Shown in pieces: positions 50,471 through 62,270 of a stretch of DNA of 64,000 bases. The notes beneath the pieces are model-generated. The model was given only the letters and a program-made list of their open reading frames with translations, ran no database searches and had not been told where the DNA came from. The position numbers were made by a program, and so were the translations under genes. Source of the stretch: Raja brachyura (Eukaryota); contig OY740789.1 in NCBI GenBank assembly GCA_963514005.1, forward strand, positions 21,514,001 to 21,578,000, given 5' to 3'. Position 1 is the first letter of the stretch. Each line of letters starts with the position of its first letter.

Positions 50471-53400
50471 TACAGGTATGTAGGTTAATTGGCTTGGTGT
50501 ATGTGTAAAAACTGTCCCTAGTTTGTGCAGGACAGTGTTAATGTGCGGGTACCACTGGTCGGTGCGGACTCGGTGGGCTGAATGGCCTGTTTCCATGCTG
50601 TATCTAAACTATACATGTACTGAGGTATAGTGAAAAGCTTTTGTCCCTGTGGTATCCAGTCAAAGAAAAGACTATACATGAATATAATCAAGTTGTCAAT
50701 AGTGAACAGATAAAGGATAACGGGGACAATATTTAATAAAGATTAAAAATTGAAGTCCGATAAAATACGCTTATGGTTGTCTAATGAGGTGGACAACAGG
50801 TCAGGAAATCTAACCTATCTAATTTTGCACTCCATTATGGAACTTTCCTTTTCAACTCCTTTGCCCGATATTCTTACATCAGAACATTTCATATTTATAA
50901 TTTTTTCCTTTGAAAAAATATAATTGATTAGGAACACTAACTCTGCCTCACTTTCTACCTCAGCTGTCAAACAAGAAAATCCTGTCTTTCTTTAAGAAGC
51001 ACGTATGAGAGTATCAGAATATCAAATTTCAAATACAATTTACAGTACACTTGAATTTATCATTTCTTTTTCATCTTGAATATTCAATCCAATATCTTCA
51101 CCCCTACCTGTGCAATTCTTTATCTCTGTCGCACTTGCCACGCCTCCAGATATTTGAGACTCTTTCCACACTCCTCCCTTGAGGTATTAGGAGTTACACC
51201 TGCATATAATCTGCTCATCTAATCTATCACTTGGTATGAATACCCGAGATCATCACCAATTGGGTGCTGACTAATCAGTTTTGCATTCTGTCAGTTTGAT
51301 CGCAGTTCCGAGTTCTGGTCGGTTCCTGGTCTATGTTTTTCGGTGCCATTTGCGTCTGGATTTTGGGTTTTCTTCGGTAATTCTCGGTGAGCCTGCATTC
51401 GAGTCCTTTCCATTTTGGGGCCCTCTGACAGATTAGACACCCAGTTTGGATGGCAGGCAATTCTGATCAGCCCGATCGGAGTCTAGTCATGTTAATTGCT
51501 TTTGCTCTGCTTGTCTTATCAACACCTCTGTGTCTGTAGCTCCCAGTATAATCCTCACCTGTCCAAAGTACCATCCGAATATCGTGACCCGAAAAAAGGT
51601 CTTATGAAAGTTCCTCACCACCTCTTTACCTCCTCACCACCCTTATGATTGTGCCATTGACTTATTATCCGGTACTTCGCCACCCCGCGGTCATCTGTAC
51701 TTGCTCTCAATCCTGAGACCAATGCCATGGAGAGATACATTTTGGAGTCTCTGGCAGCTGGTTTAATTCGTCCATCCTCCTCTCCTGCCAGGGTGGAATT
51801 TTTCCTTGTGAGCAAGAAGGATGGCAACCTTCGCCCTTGCATTGACTATCGAGGCCTGAATGATATCACTGTCAAAAACGGTTACCCCTTGCCACTCATC
51901 TCTTGTCTTCAACTGCCTGCAGCATGTCACCATGTTTACCAAGCTGTATCTACGCAATGCCTACCATTTGGTTTGCATCAAGGAAGGACATGAATGGAAG
52001 ACAGCCTTCAACACAACCAGCGGGTATTACGAGTACCTCGTAATGCCCTTCGGCCTGACCAACGCCCTGGCTGTCTTCCAGACTCTGGTCATGATGTGTT
52101 CCGGTACATGCTGAGCCGGTTTGTCTTCGTTTACCTCGATGTCATACTCGTCTACTCTGGATCTGCATCGGAACATACCCGCCATGTCCGTCTCGGCCGG
52201 CAGAGGCTATGGGAGAACCAACTGTTCGTCAAGACAGAGAAGTGCGAGTTCCACCAGCCCACTGTGTCCTTCATGGGATACATCCTCTCTGCTGGCCATG
52301 TCGAGATGGATCCAGGAAAGGTGAGAGCAATGGTAGATTGGCCTAAGCCTTCCAGTCGGAGGGAGCTACAACGCTTCCTCGGCTTCGCCAATTTTTACCG
52401 TTGCTTTATCCACAACAGCATCCTGGCTGCTCCTCTCACGTCTATCTCCTTCAAGTTTGCCTGGTCCCCTGCTGCTGAGGGGGCATTCCAGGACCTTGAG
52501 CAACGCTTCATTAGTGCCCCCATCCTGGAGCATCCTGACCCGGCCCTTCTGTTTGTGGTGGAGGTTGACGTCTCTGATGTTGGAGTTTGGGTGGTGCTTT
52601 CCCAACGCTCATCCAAGGACCAGAAGATACGCCCCTGTGCCTTCTTCTCTCGCCGCCTCTCCCCAGCTGAGAGGAATTATGACATCAGCAACAGAGAGCT
52701 GCTGGCATTGAAGATGGTGTTGGAGGAGCGGAGGCATTGGTTGGAGGGCACTGAGCAGCCATTCCACATCTGGACGGACCACAAGAACCTGGAGCACCTG
52801 CGTTTGGCGAAGCGGCCACCCCCGTCAAGCCTGGTGTACGCTGCTTTTCACCCAGTTTAACTTCACCTTATCATACCGTCCTGGGTCCAAAAATGTCAAG
52901 CCCGACTCTCACTCCTGCCGGTTCAGTTCCAACCAGGACAAGCATTCCCACAACATTCCCATTCTGCCTCCCACCTGCCAGGTGGGCTCCATCACCTGGG
53001 AGATCGAGACCACAGTTCGCAATGCCCAGCGTCATCACATCGATCCTGGTTCTGGATCCCCCAATTTTATTTGTCCCTGTCTCCACCTAGGCACTGGAGA
53101 CCACCCTACGTTACCTGGTCTCCGCCAACCCTACCACCTGGTAGGAAATTGGTATGGATTGAATATGCCCACAATTCTCTGCCCAGTTATGTCTCCATTC
53201 CACTGCTCCCTTGAGGAGGTCTCCATTCCCTCTACCCAGAAGTTTGTGCACCATGGTCATCTGACCTGGAAGGAAGTCCATTCTGCCCTACTCCACACCG
53301 CTTGCAGGTACAGACAACAGGGATATCGCCCGGGTTGAGAGTATGGCTGTCCACCCGAGATCTCCCCCTCCTGTAAGTTGGAACCCCATTTATTTGGTCC

Positions 53401-53968
53401 ATTTGCAATTCTCAAGATGATTAACTGCTCTACTGTGTGCCTTAGACTGCTGCAGTCTATGCAGCTTCACCCCACCTTCCACGTATCCCGGGTTAAGCCT
53501 GTCCTCCAGCTCCCCGTCTCCCACTCCTCTGCTACCCCCACCACCCCACATCATTGACAGCGGTCTGGTGTACACGGTGAAACAACTGCTGAAGTCCCGG
53601 CGGCGTGGCAGAGGGATCCAGTACCTGGTTGACTCGGAGGGCTACAGTCCAGAGAAGAGGAGCTGGACCCCTCCCTGATATGTGACTTTCATCAGCAGTA
53701 TCCGGACCAGCCAAAGGGAACGCCAGGCGACATCCGTGCAATGATGGCCCCTGTCACACTTGCTATGCCTCCAAACACTTAAGACTCTTTCCACACTCCT
53801 CCCCTGAGCTATTACAAGTTACACCTGCATTTAATCTGCTCCCCTAATCTATCACTTAGTATAAATACCTGAGATCACGACCAATTGGGTGCTGACTGAT
53901 CAGTTCTGCATTCTGTCAGCTCCTGGTTTATATCTTTTGGTTCCACGCAGGTCTGGATTTTCTTCAGT

Positions 53969-54416
53969 GTTAGAAACAACACCGCAAGTTTGAGGAACAA
54001 CATCTCATATTCCGCTTGGGGAGTCTGCATCCTCTGGGCTTAAACATTGAATTTTCTCAATTCTGTTAACCCAGACTGCTCCCTTCCCCCCCCCCCCCCC
54101 CCCCCCCACCTCTCCCTCAGCCCTCGGGCCCTGACATTCCTTCTCCATCTCCCCCCCCCCCCCCCCCAAGTCGCACTAGCTTCTCATTTTCACACCAGAA
54201 ACAGCTTACAATGGCTTGCTTCCCTTATCACCAATACTTTTTTGCATATCTTTCACTCATTGTTCTTGCTTTATCTCTCCATATCACTGTTTATATCTCT
54301 CGTTTCCCTGATCCCTGACCAGTCTGAAGAAGGGTCTCGACCCGAAACGTCGCCTATCTCCTTCGCTCCTTAGATGCTGCTGCACCCGCTGAGTTTCTCC
54401 AGCTTTTTGTGTGACC
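53969..54416 (+). mobile_element. Penelope-like element 3' end inserted in the Gypsy 3' LTR
   Basis: QHRKFEEQHLIFRLGSLHPLGLNIEFSQFC*; 16-bp TSD CTGGATTTTCTTCAGT (53953-53968 / 54417-54432). Confidence 0.92.
54324..54351 (+). ncRNA. Minimal hammerhead ribozyme motif in PLE pLTR
   Basis: CUGAAGA-A-GGGUCUCGACCC-GAAA-CGUC, identical to 31375-31402 and to 57435-57462 (minus). Confidence 0.65.
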
Positions 54417-55024
54417 CTGGATTTTCTTCAGTACTGCTCGGTGATCCTGCATTTGTGTCTTTTGCATTTCGGGGTCCTCTGATAATCTCTCCCCTGAGGC
54501 CTGTCTGCCGCCAATCCACAATCACTCATCTGCCTGCAAGATGTTCTCAGATTAAATTTATTTTTCCCGACCCCGACCCCCACATTAGTCTGAAGAAGAG
54601 TCTCGACCCGAAACATTGCCTATTCCTTTGCTCCATAGATGCTGCCTCGCCCGCTGAGTTTCTCCAGCAATTTTGTCTACCTCAGATTTAAATAGTTCTG
54701 TTTTGTCTTTACTGACCTGTTCCAAACAAAGTTTGGTGTTAAAGGAACCTATGGGTGGTCTAAGTTTTTCTGCCTCTTATTGCAATGTATAATCTCCATT
54801 CCAATCTTACTCTCACCTTTTTTGATGAACACACCTTCCTACATTTGCTGGAGCTAAGTTATTTCTAAAACGTAATTGCTAATTTTTCACTTTTCTCAAA
54901 ACGTGGTCTATTTTTTTAATTCTTCTCTCCCGTTTCTCAACTTTTCCACCTCCACTTATTTCAGTAATCTAACTACCAGTATCTGCTATATAAAAATAGA
55001 GGTTTTATTACAATTGTGCATGGT

Positions 55025-56060
55025 GTAGGTATGTTACAAAACTTACCTTTAGCGGCGCTGCACTTCTGCCGCTCCCCGTGTGCGCGACTTTAGCGCTTGT
55101 CAGAGGGGGGCGGGCTTAAAGTGCCGATTTTCACCAGACCAGGATAATCGATGAATGTCGGGCGATTTAATTGCGGAAGAAAAATCGCTCCGACATTTCA
55201 TCCATTAAGGTATTTTTAAATTATTCTAAGTTATTTGTTAACTAGAGTAATTTAAAAATCACCTTCAAAAGCCGTGACCGCAGACCACCGGAAGCATTTT
55301 CCGTAGGGGAGAAAAAAGGTAAATACTTAATTTTTTTATTAAAAGTTGTTTTTTTGGGAGGCATAAATACTATTTTAATGTTGCGAAATGGGGTCCCCAA
55401 AAAATGTATGAACCCCCAGTATTTTTCCCCCCGACTTCACCGCTAACCGCAACGTTCCAATCCACCGCATTCCGCTAAAACCCACTCGCTAGTTGATTTA
55501 AATGGCCATTTATTTACAGGCATTAAACACTAAATTCCTTCCATTTGGCCCAGAAATTCATGAAAATGAGATTTAAAAATTATGTTATATTGTGGATTAT
55601 TGTGTGAATGTTATTTGGACACTTGGGCAATTAAAAAAAAGTTTATCTTTTCTTAAGAAATTGATAGATGTTTAGATCTACTCATTGAATTTTGTAATTA
55701 GCTACAATTAGATAACTAACTAATTATATACTTTAATTTCAGGTAATCCAAGTAAGATTGTTTAATATTTGTTTCAGAATGCTTCAATCTATAATGACTG
55801 AAAATTTCATTGAGTTCTCTTAATTTTTAATAAAGTTATGGGCTTTTAATTTTTCCAGATCACAGCTTTTGAGTTAAGTCAATTGAAAGGCAATGGGAAG
55901 CAAGATACTCATTTCCGAGCATGAAAATGGCCATAACTTTCTTAATACTGAAGATACGAAAGTAAATTAGGTGTCAAATTAAACTTCTTGTTATGCTTTA
56001 TCTGATGGGATAAATTGCAGACTTGATTTTTAAAATCTCAAAATTTTGTAACATTGCTAC
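55025..56060. mobile_element. Non-autonomous TIR DNA transposon (~1.04 kb), superfamily unresolved
   Basis: TIR GTAGGTATGTTACAAAA / TTTTGTAACATTGCTAC; duplicated flank (C)ATGGT(G); inserted into a CR1 remnant. Confidence 0.8.
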
Positions 56061-56087
56061 ATGGTGTCCATGAGCTCACATATGGAG

Positions 56088-56330
56088 TATGTTCTTTATT
56101 CAGAGGGTGGTGAATCTGTGGAATTCTTTGCCACAAAAGGCTGAGGAGGCCAAGTCAGTGGATATTTTTAAAGCAGAGGTAGATAGATTCTTGATTAGTC
56201 CAGTGTCAGTGGTTATGGGGAGAAGGCGGGTGAATGGGGTTAGGAGGGAGATATATTTCGGCCATGATTGAATGGCAGAGTAGACTTAATAGGCCGAATG
56301 TCCTAATTCTGCTCCTATCACATATTACAT
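56088..56330 (+). mobile_element. CR1 3' end
   Basis: FFIQRVVNLWNSLPQKAEEAKSVDIFKAEVDRFL. Confidence 0.85.
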
Positions 56331-56337
56331 TATGAGT

Positions 56338-56397
56338 ACTATATAGGTTTTATCATCTTAAGAACTATATAGGTTTTATCATCTTAAGAACTATATA
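56338..56397. repeat. Perfect 26-bp tandem duplication ACTATATAGGTTTTATCATCTTAAGA
   Basis: Two full units plus a partial third. Confidence 0.9.
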
Positions 56398-56879
56398 TTT
56401 ATATAATGTATATGAACACACTGATCTCTTTTGTAGTCAATGCCTACTATGTTCTGTTGTGCTGAAGCAAAGCAAGAATTTCATTGTCCTATCAGGGAGA
56501 GATGACAATAAACTCACTTGAACTTGAAGAAAGTATATCCCAGCACTGGAAGTAGTCCCGATGAGATTCTCTCGGCTAAATTCTATGATGAGTGTTTTGA
56601 CATCACGAACAGCTAAAAATAGTACTATAAATTCTTGGCAGGACATTTATTTAGTGATGAACATCGCCTCACGAATGCAGAGCCCTTGCATCCGACGTGG
56701 AGATCCTGCCCCAGTCAGCAGCCGAGAGCAAAGATCGTCCTCTACAGGATCTTTGGCCGAGAGATGCCCCCAACCAAAGATACTAGAGGCAAAGATTATA
56801 GAGGAGCCTTTGCCCCCCCCCCCCACTCAATCCCCGGGTCACAGGTTGTCAATAAAGTTTATTCTTTCTCTTGGGGCAC

Positions 56880-56975
56880 CTCGGAGTGTCGCGGCGTGCG
56901 ATTGGTGGTTGCCGGGTGACGCGGCGAGCGGGGCGGCAGGAGGACGCGTGTTGGTCGCGAGCGAGCGTTGCTCAG
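56880..56975 (+). promoter_or_regulatory. DDX24: DDX24 CpG-rich promoter and candidate non-coding exon 1
   Basis: CpG-dense patch with ATTGG (CCAAT box) and GGGGCGG (GC box), ending in the donor CAG|GTAAAG at 56975/56976, upstream of the ATG-bearing exon. The TSS cannot be determined. Confidence 0.7.
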
Positions 56976-57039
56976 GTAAAGTTACCGTCAAATATCTTTA
57001 TCTTTAGTTACCGTCGCTTCAAGCGGTGGATCGGACCCG

Positions 57040-58145
57040 TGTAGGAAGGAACTGCAGATGCTGGTTTAAACCGGAGATAGACACAAGAAGCTGGAGTAAC
57101 TCAGCGGGACGGGCAGCGTCTCTGGAGAGAAGGAACGTGTGACGTTTCTGGTGTCGACCCTTCTTCAGGCGTCACCCGTCCCTTCTCTCCAGAGAGGCTG
57201 CCTGACCCGCTGAGGTACTCCAGCTTCTTGTGTCTACTTTAACCGTGACTCTCACCCCCCACTGATATCGGCTCGCCTCCGAGTGTTTCCAGAATTTCCG
57301 TTTTTATTTGCTTCGGGTCATAGAAACATAGAATGTTAAAGAAGGAACTGCAGATGCTGGAGAATCGAGGGTTACACAAAAAGCTGGAGAAACTCAGCGG
57401 GTGCAGCAGCATCTAAGGAGCGAAGGAGATAGGCGACGTTTCGGGTCGAGACCCTTCTTCAGACTGGTCAGGGATCAGGGAAACGAGAGATAGAGGAGGT
57501 TGTGAAACTGTCTTCGTAGGGAGGAAGAGAACTTCTTCAAAGTAGGCATACCTTGAGGAGATATCGCAGTGGAGTAGACAAATTGTTAAAGAAGGAACTG
57601 CAGATGCTGGAGAATCGAGGGTTACACAAAAAGCTGGAGAAACTCAGCGGGTGCAGCAGCATCGAAATTAGGTGCAGGAGTAGGCCATTCGGCCCTTCGA
57701 GCCTGCACCGCCATTCAATGTGATCACGGCTGATCATCCAACTCAGTATCCCGTACCTGCCTTCTCTCCATACCCCCGATCCCTTGAGCCACAAGTGCCA
57801 CATCTAACGCCCTCTTAAATATAGCAATATATCGCGACCTTTCTTCAGACTAGTTAGGGAAATAGGGGCACGAGAGATATAGACCGCGAAGTAGAGAGAT
57901 AAAGAACAACAAATGAAAGATATGCAAAAAAAAAACGTAAGGATGATAAAGAAAACAGGCCATTGTTAGCAGTTTGTTGGGTGAAAACGAGAAGCTAGTG
58001 CGACTTGGATGGCGGTGGGATAGAGGGAAAGGGAATGCTGGGGTTATGTAAAATTAGAGAAATCTATATTCATATACTACTGGGCTGTAAGCTTCCCACG
58101 GGAAATATGAAATGCTGTTCCTTCAATTTGCAACCTCACTCTGAC
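57040..58145. mobile_element. Penelope-derived cluster in DDX24 intron 1, with an embedded CR1 3' end (~57668-57825, minus)
   Basis: Several AAGGAACTGCAGATGCTGG pLTR copies, an HHR motif at 57435-57462 (minus) and a PLE coding end at ~58045-58140 (minus). Confidence 0.85.
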
Positions 58146-58149
58146 CCCG

Positions 58150-58735
58150 ATCATAGAGTGATACAGTGTGGAAACGGGCCCTTTGGCCCAATTTGCCCAC
58201 ACCGGCCAACAATGTCCCACCTGCCTGCGTTTGGTCTATATCCCTCTAAACCTGCCCTATCCATATAGTTGTCGAAATGTTTCTTAAATGTTGGGGTAGT
58301 CCCTGCCTCAACTACCTCTGGCAGCTTGTTCCATATACCACCCACCACGCTTTGTGTGAGATAGTTACCCCTCAGATTGCTATTAAATCGTTTCCCCTTC
58401 ACCGTAAACCTATGCCCTCTAGTCCTCGATTCATTTACTCTGGGCAAGAAACTGTGCATCTACCCGATCTATTCCTCTCAAGATCTTATACACCTCTACA
58501 AGATCACCCCTCATCCTCCTGCGCTCCAGGGAATAGTCCCAGCCTACTCAATCTCTCCCTATAGCTCAGATCCTCTAGTTCTGGCAACATCCTTGTTAAT
58601 CTTATCTGTACCATTTTCAATTTGACAACATATTTCCTATACCATGGTGCCTAGAACTGAACACCGTGCTCTAAATGCAACCTCACCAACGTCTTAGATA
58701 ACTGCAACATGAACTCCCAACTTCTACACTCATAC
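58150..58735 (-). mobile_element. Older CR1 subfamily 3' portion
   Basis: ESRTRGHRFTVKGKRFNSNLRGNYLTQSVVGGIWNKLPE. Confidence 0.85.
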
Positions 58736-59712
58736 CTGACCCAATCATACTCGACCAAAGCTGTCAGACATGGCTCTTGGGTGTAAATCCTTGGCGGCCG
58801 ACATAACATGGTACGGTAGATCGATCCCAAAAAGTTGCAGGATTATAGGGAAACGGGAGGGGAGGGAAACTGATAGGATTGCTCTGCAGGATGCTGGTAC
58901 GTGCAGAATGGCTTCCTTCCATGTTGCAACACGTGAGTAAGCAGATCCCCAACTAAGTGTTGTGTGGCAAATTAATCATCGCATGATGACCCAATTTTTT
59001 CCATCATCTATCTACAGTGCACAAGTTTAAAAATGCAGTGAATTATTTGCATGGATGAAATTCCAAGGACACTCCAGGAATTCACCACCAGCTAAGTTAA
59101 AGCAGCCACTGTGACATTCCCCCACAATGACCACGTTATGCAGTAAATAAATTGCACTGCAACAATTCATTAACTCTTCTTTGAATTTTGAATTCTGCAG
59201 CCTCTAATACCCAGAAGGTTAGCAAGGATTGGGATTGCCACTGACTGCAAGTTCCCCTTTAATTTGCACACTATCATAAGTGAGACTGTACCTCTGAATT
59301 TCTGTATGGGAGTTATTTCACCATTAGGAATTCAGTAACTGAAAGGGGTCTCTCACCCACTTCTGGAGGAGAATTTGTGATGGGTTTGAAATATTGGCCT
59401 TCCTGACAAAAAACACATGCAAATTAAAAAAAAAAGTTTCCAGGTTCGGTCTATTCAGTCTGCCGCCAATATAAATTGTTGTAATTATAAGAATCTATGC
59501 TTTTAAAAATAGAAGTTATGTGCACTTGCACTAGCTATCGGTTACTTGTTCATAATTTGATGCAATTAAAAACAGTGAAATTGTATATTTATTTATCAGA
59601 AATGTTGCTTTTTTTTCATATTTCAGTCTGTACTAGTTGTGAAAAAACACACCTTGGCACTTGCAGCGTAACGAGTTGATGAACTGATTTTGCTTTTGTC
59701 TTAGAGCTCAAA

Positions 59713-60406
59713 ATGAAAGAAGGGGAAAAAAGGATTCTAAAATCGCCAAAAACCCTACAGAAGAAAATTAAAGTGACAGGACAATGGAAGCCAATTATAA
59801 TAGACGCCAGTCGTTTCGGTGAAGAAGATTTGGATGGGCTGGTCTGTTGTGAAGAGCTTACAGATTATAAATTGATTAGTGCTAGGAAATCATCAGTGAA
59901 GAAATCCAAAAGACGAGCTTCTGATAACTCAGAGGAGTTAAAATCTGCACCAAAGAAACAGAAAATCAGTGGAGATGATTTACCAACAGCAGCAACAAAA
60001 ACAAAGATAAAAAGAAAAAAGAAAAAAATTAACAATCAACCTGCCGAAGTGGAGGAGGAGAGTGTTAATCTTTCAGACAATGTTAACAAATTTGAATGTT
60101 CAGATAAAAATGAGATGGGTGAAGCGGAAACAAATATTGCTGTAAATCCAAAGAGAAAGAAAAAGAAGAAAAGGGCTGGAGCTCCCCAGCCCTCCAGTCT
60201 AGACGAGAAAGCGAAAAACTGGACAAAACATTCATGTTCATCTGAGCAGGCAACTGATGTTTCCGCCTGGAAAGATTTGTTTGTCCCAGAGCCAGTACTT
60301 CAGGCTCTGAGTTCTCTTGGTTACAGTGCTCCTACACCTATCCAAGCCTTGGTTCTGCCACCTGCTATTAGAGATAAACTAGATATTCTTGGTGCTGCAG
60401 AAACAG
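59713..60406 (+). CDS. DDX24: DEAD-box RNA helicase DDX24, first coding exon
   Basis: Acceptor TTTTGTCTTAG at 59704. The ORF has the DDX24-type GLVCCEELTDY N-terminal motif, lysine-rich NLS-like tracts, Q motif (WKDLFVP...GYSAPTPIQ) and start of motif I (GAAETG), with donor ACAG|GTTGGT (phase 1). Confidence 0.95.
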
Positions 60407-61499
60407 GTTGGTACTATAATTGTATAAAATGTCACAAATAGATAACGAATAAGTGGTTAACTTTGTCTTTTGAGGCATGGGAAAGGGCTTCCATTTATCT
60501 TGGTTTTTCATGTCCTTGGGTCCTGACCTGAAACATCCGCTATCCATTTCCTGCTACAGACACTACCTGACCAGCTGAGTTCCTCCAACCGTTTTACTTT
60601 TTCTCGGGATGCGCTAATTGGCTACATTTGGTGGAATACCCCAGTTACAGAGAGTGTTAATAAGTCGAACAATATGACAGTCTCGTTACACTCAGCAAGG
60701 CATTACAAATAAAATGAGGTAAATTGCCAAATAGTCTGCTTAAGCAGCACATTGGTTTAGGAGTAAATATTGGCCAGATTCCTGGAAGAACTTTATTTTT
60801 TAAACTAATGTTAAGAGATCATCAGTTGCACTTGAACAGTCAAATAAATCCACATTTTGGACATGTTGAATAGTGCACCATTCCCTCTATTTGGCACAGA
60901 GGTGTCAATCAAAATCATTACTCCTTTTGTGGATCTTATAAGATGCTGATTTACATGAAAATGCTACCACTAAATGAGCCAAGCTGACATTAGCTTGTAT
61001 AATATAAAGAATCTGCTGGATCCTACAAACAACATTTTAGTCCATTCATTCATTGAAAACTTAAAGTTTGTTTGGGGAATTTTATTTTTGTAAAGCTTTG
61101 CAAAGTTTAGTTAATCCCAAATGTAGGTTAGTCATACTTCACATGAGTTAATTAAAACCGAATAGGAGAAATACTCAGCAGGCCAAGCATACCTGGAGAG
61201 AGATTAACATAATTTATGTTTGGGGTTAATTAATTTTGATCAGGACTAGCCTAGTTTGATCTAAACTAGAAATATTAGTTATCTGAAATTGTTGAATTCA
61301 GTGCCTTAATGTAATGTAAATTGAGTGCCTTAATGTACCAAGTTGGAAGATGGAATGTAGTTTGAAATTGCATTTTGCCTTGTATGTTCAAGAATCCATT
61401 GGGGAAAACAAGTCAGAATAGGAATGGGATGAAGAATTAATACAGTTGTACAGCTAAAAACGGGACCTGCGATCCGTCAGGTCCACACCATCCTTTGCA

Positions 61500-62270
61500 C
61501 TTTACTACACTGATCCCACATTGTTCATGCCCTTAAATTGCTCAGAAATGCCAACTATTTGTCCAGATGTTTCTGAATTGTTACAAGCATATCTGCCTAC
61601 GCTATCTCTTCAAACAGCATATTCCAGACCACAACCACACCCGGTGTGAAATATTTTCCTCTCTGATTCCCTCTAAACCTTTTACCACCCACTGTGAATC
61701 TATGCCCTCTTGTTTTGGAGAACCCCACCATGTAATCTATCAGATCACACTCGGTTGTCTTCGTTTCAGGAAAAACAAAGCCAACATATCCAGTCTCTCT
61801 TTATAACTGAAATCTTATCTTTCTGAATCTCCAATGCAACCTCTACAGCACATTTAATCCTTCCTAGGGTGTTGACTAGAATTGCACACAATATTCCAAG
61901 TGTGGCATATCCATTGTTTTAGGAAGTTGTAACATGCTGTCCCTGGTCTTATATTCTAAGCCAAAGTATCTCATATTACTTCTTTGTCATCGTATCCACC
62001 TATGCTGCCACTTTAAAGAATTTGAAGATTGTATTTCAAGATTCCCCTACTCATCAATACGACCATTTACTGTGTACGTCATACACTTTTGTCGTCGTAA
62101 AATCCATCACCTTGCACTTGCAAGATTAAATTCCATTTGCTATTGCTCTGTCCTACTTTCCAGCTGATCAATATCATGCCACAGCCTTAGATAACCTTCC
62201 TCACCATCTGCCGTGCCATCATCTAAAAAATTCCAGATCATGCTTCCTATATTTGTATCCAAGTCATTCA
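61500..62270 (-). mobile_element. Highly decayed CR1 fragment in DDX24 intron 2
   Basis: Remnants of WQMEFNxxKCKVMxF and HLEYCVQF motifs on the minus strand. Confidence 0.65.

Larger units (their letters stand above)
51127..54484 (+). mobile_element. Gypsy/chromovirus (Sushi-like) LTR retrotransposon, internally deleted
   Basis: LTRs 51127-51430 (TGTC...GACA) and 53752-54484 (TGTC...GATA, interrupted); 5-bp TSD ATCTC (51122-51126 / 54485-54489); RT ([28 protein letters not shown]), RNase H ([17 protein letters not shown]) and a chromodomain at ~53568-53678. Confidence 0.95.

Noticed and set aside
51994-52860. Longest ORF (288 aa) as a domesticated Sushi-derived gene such as RTL1 or PEG10
   Set aside because: Flanked by LTRs and a TSD, frameshifted, and the catalytic YLDD is mutated to YLDV; a decaying retrotransposon.
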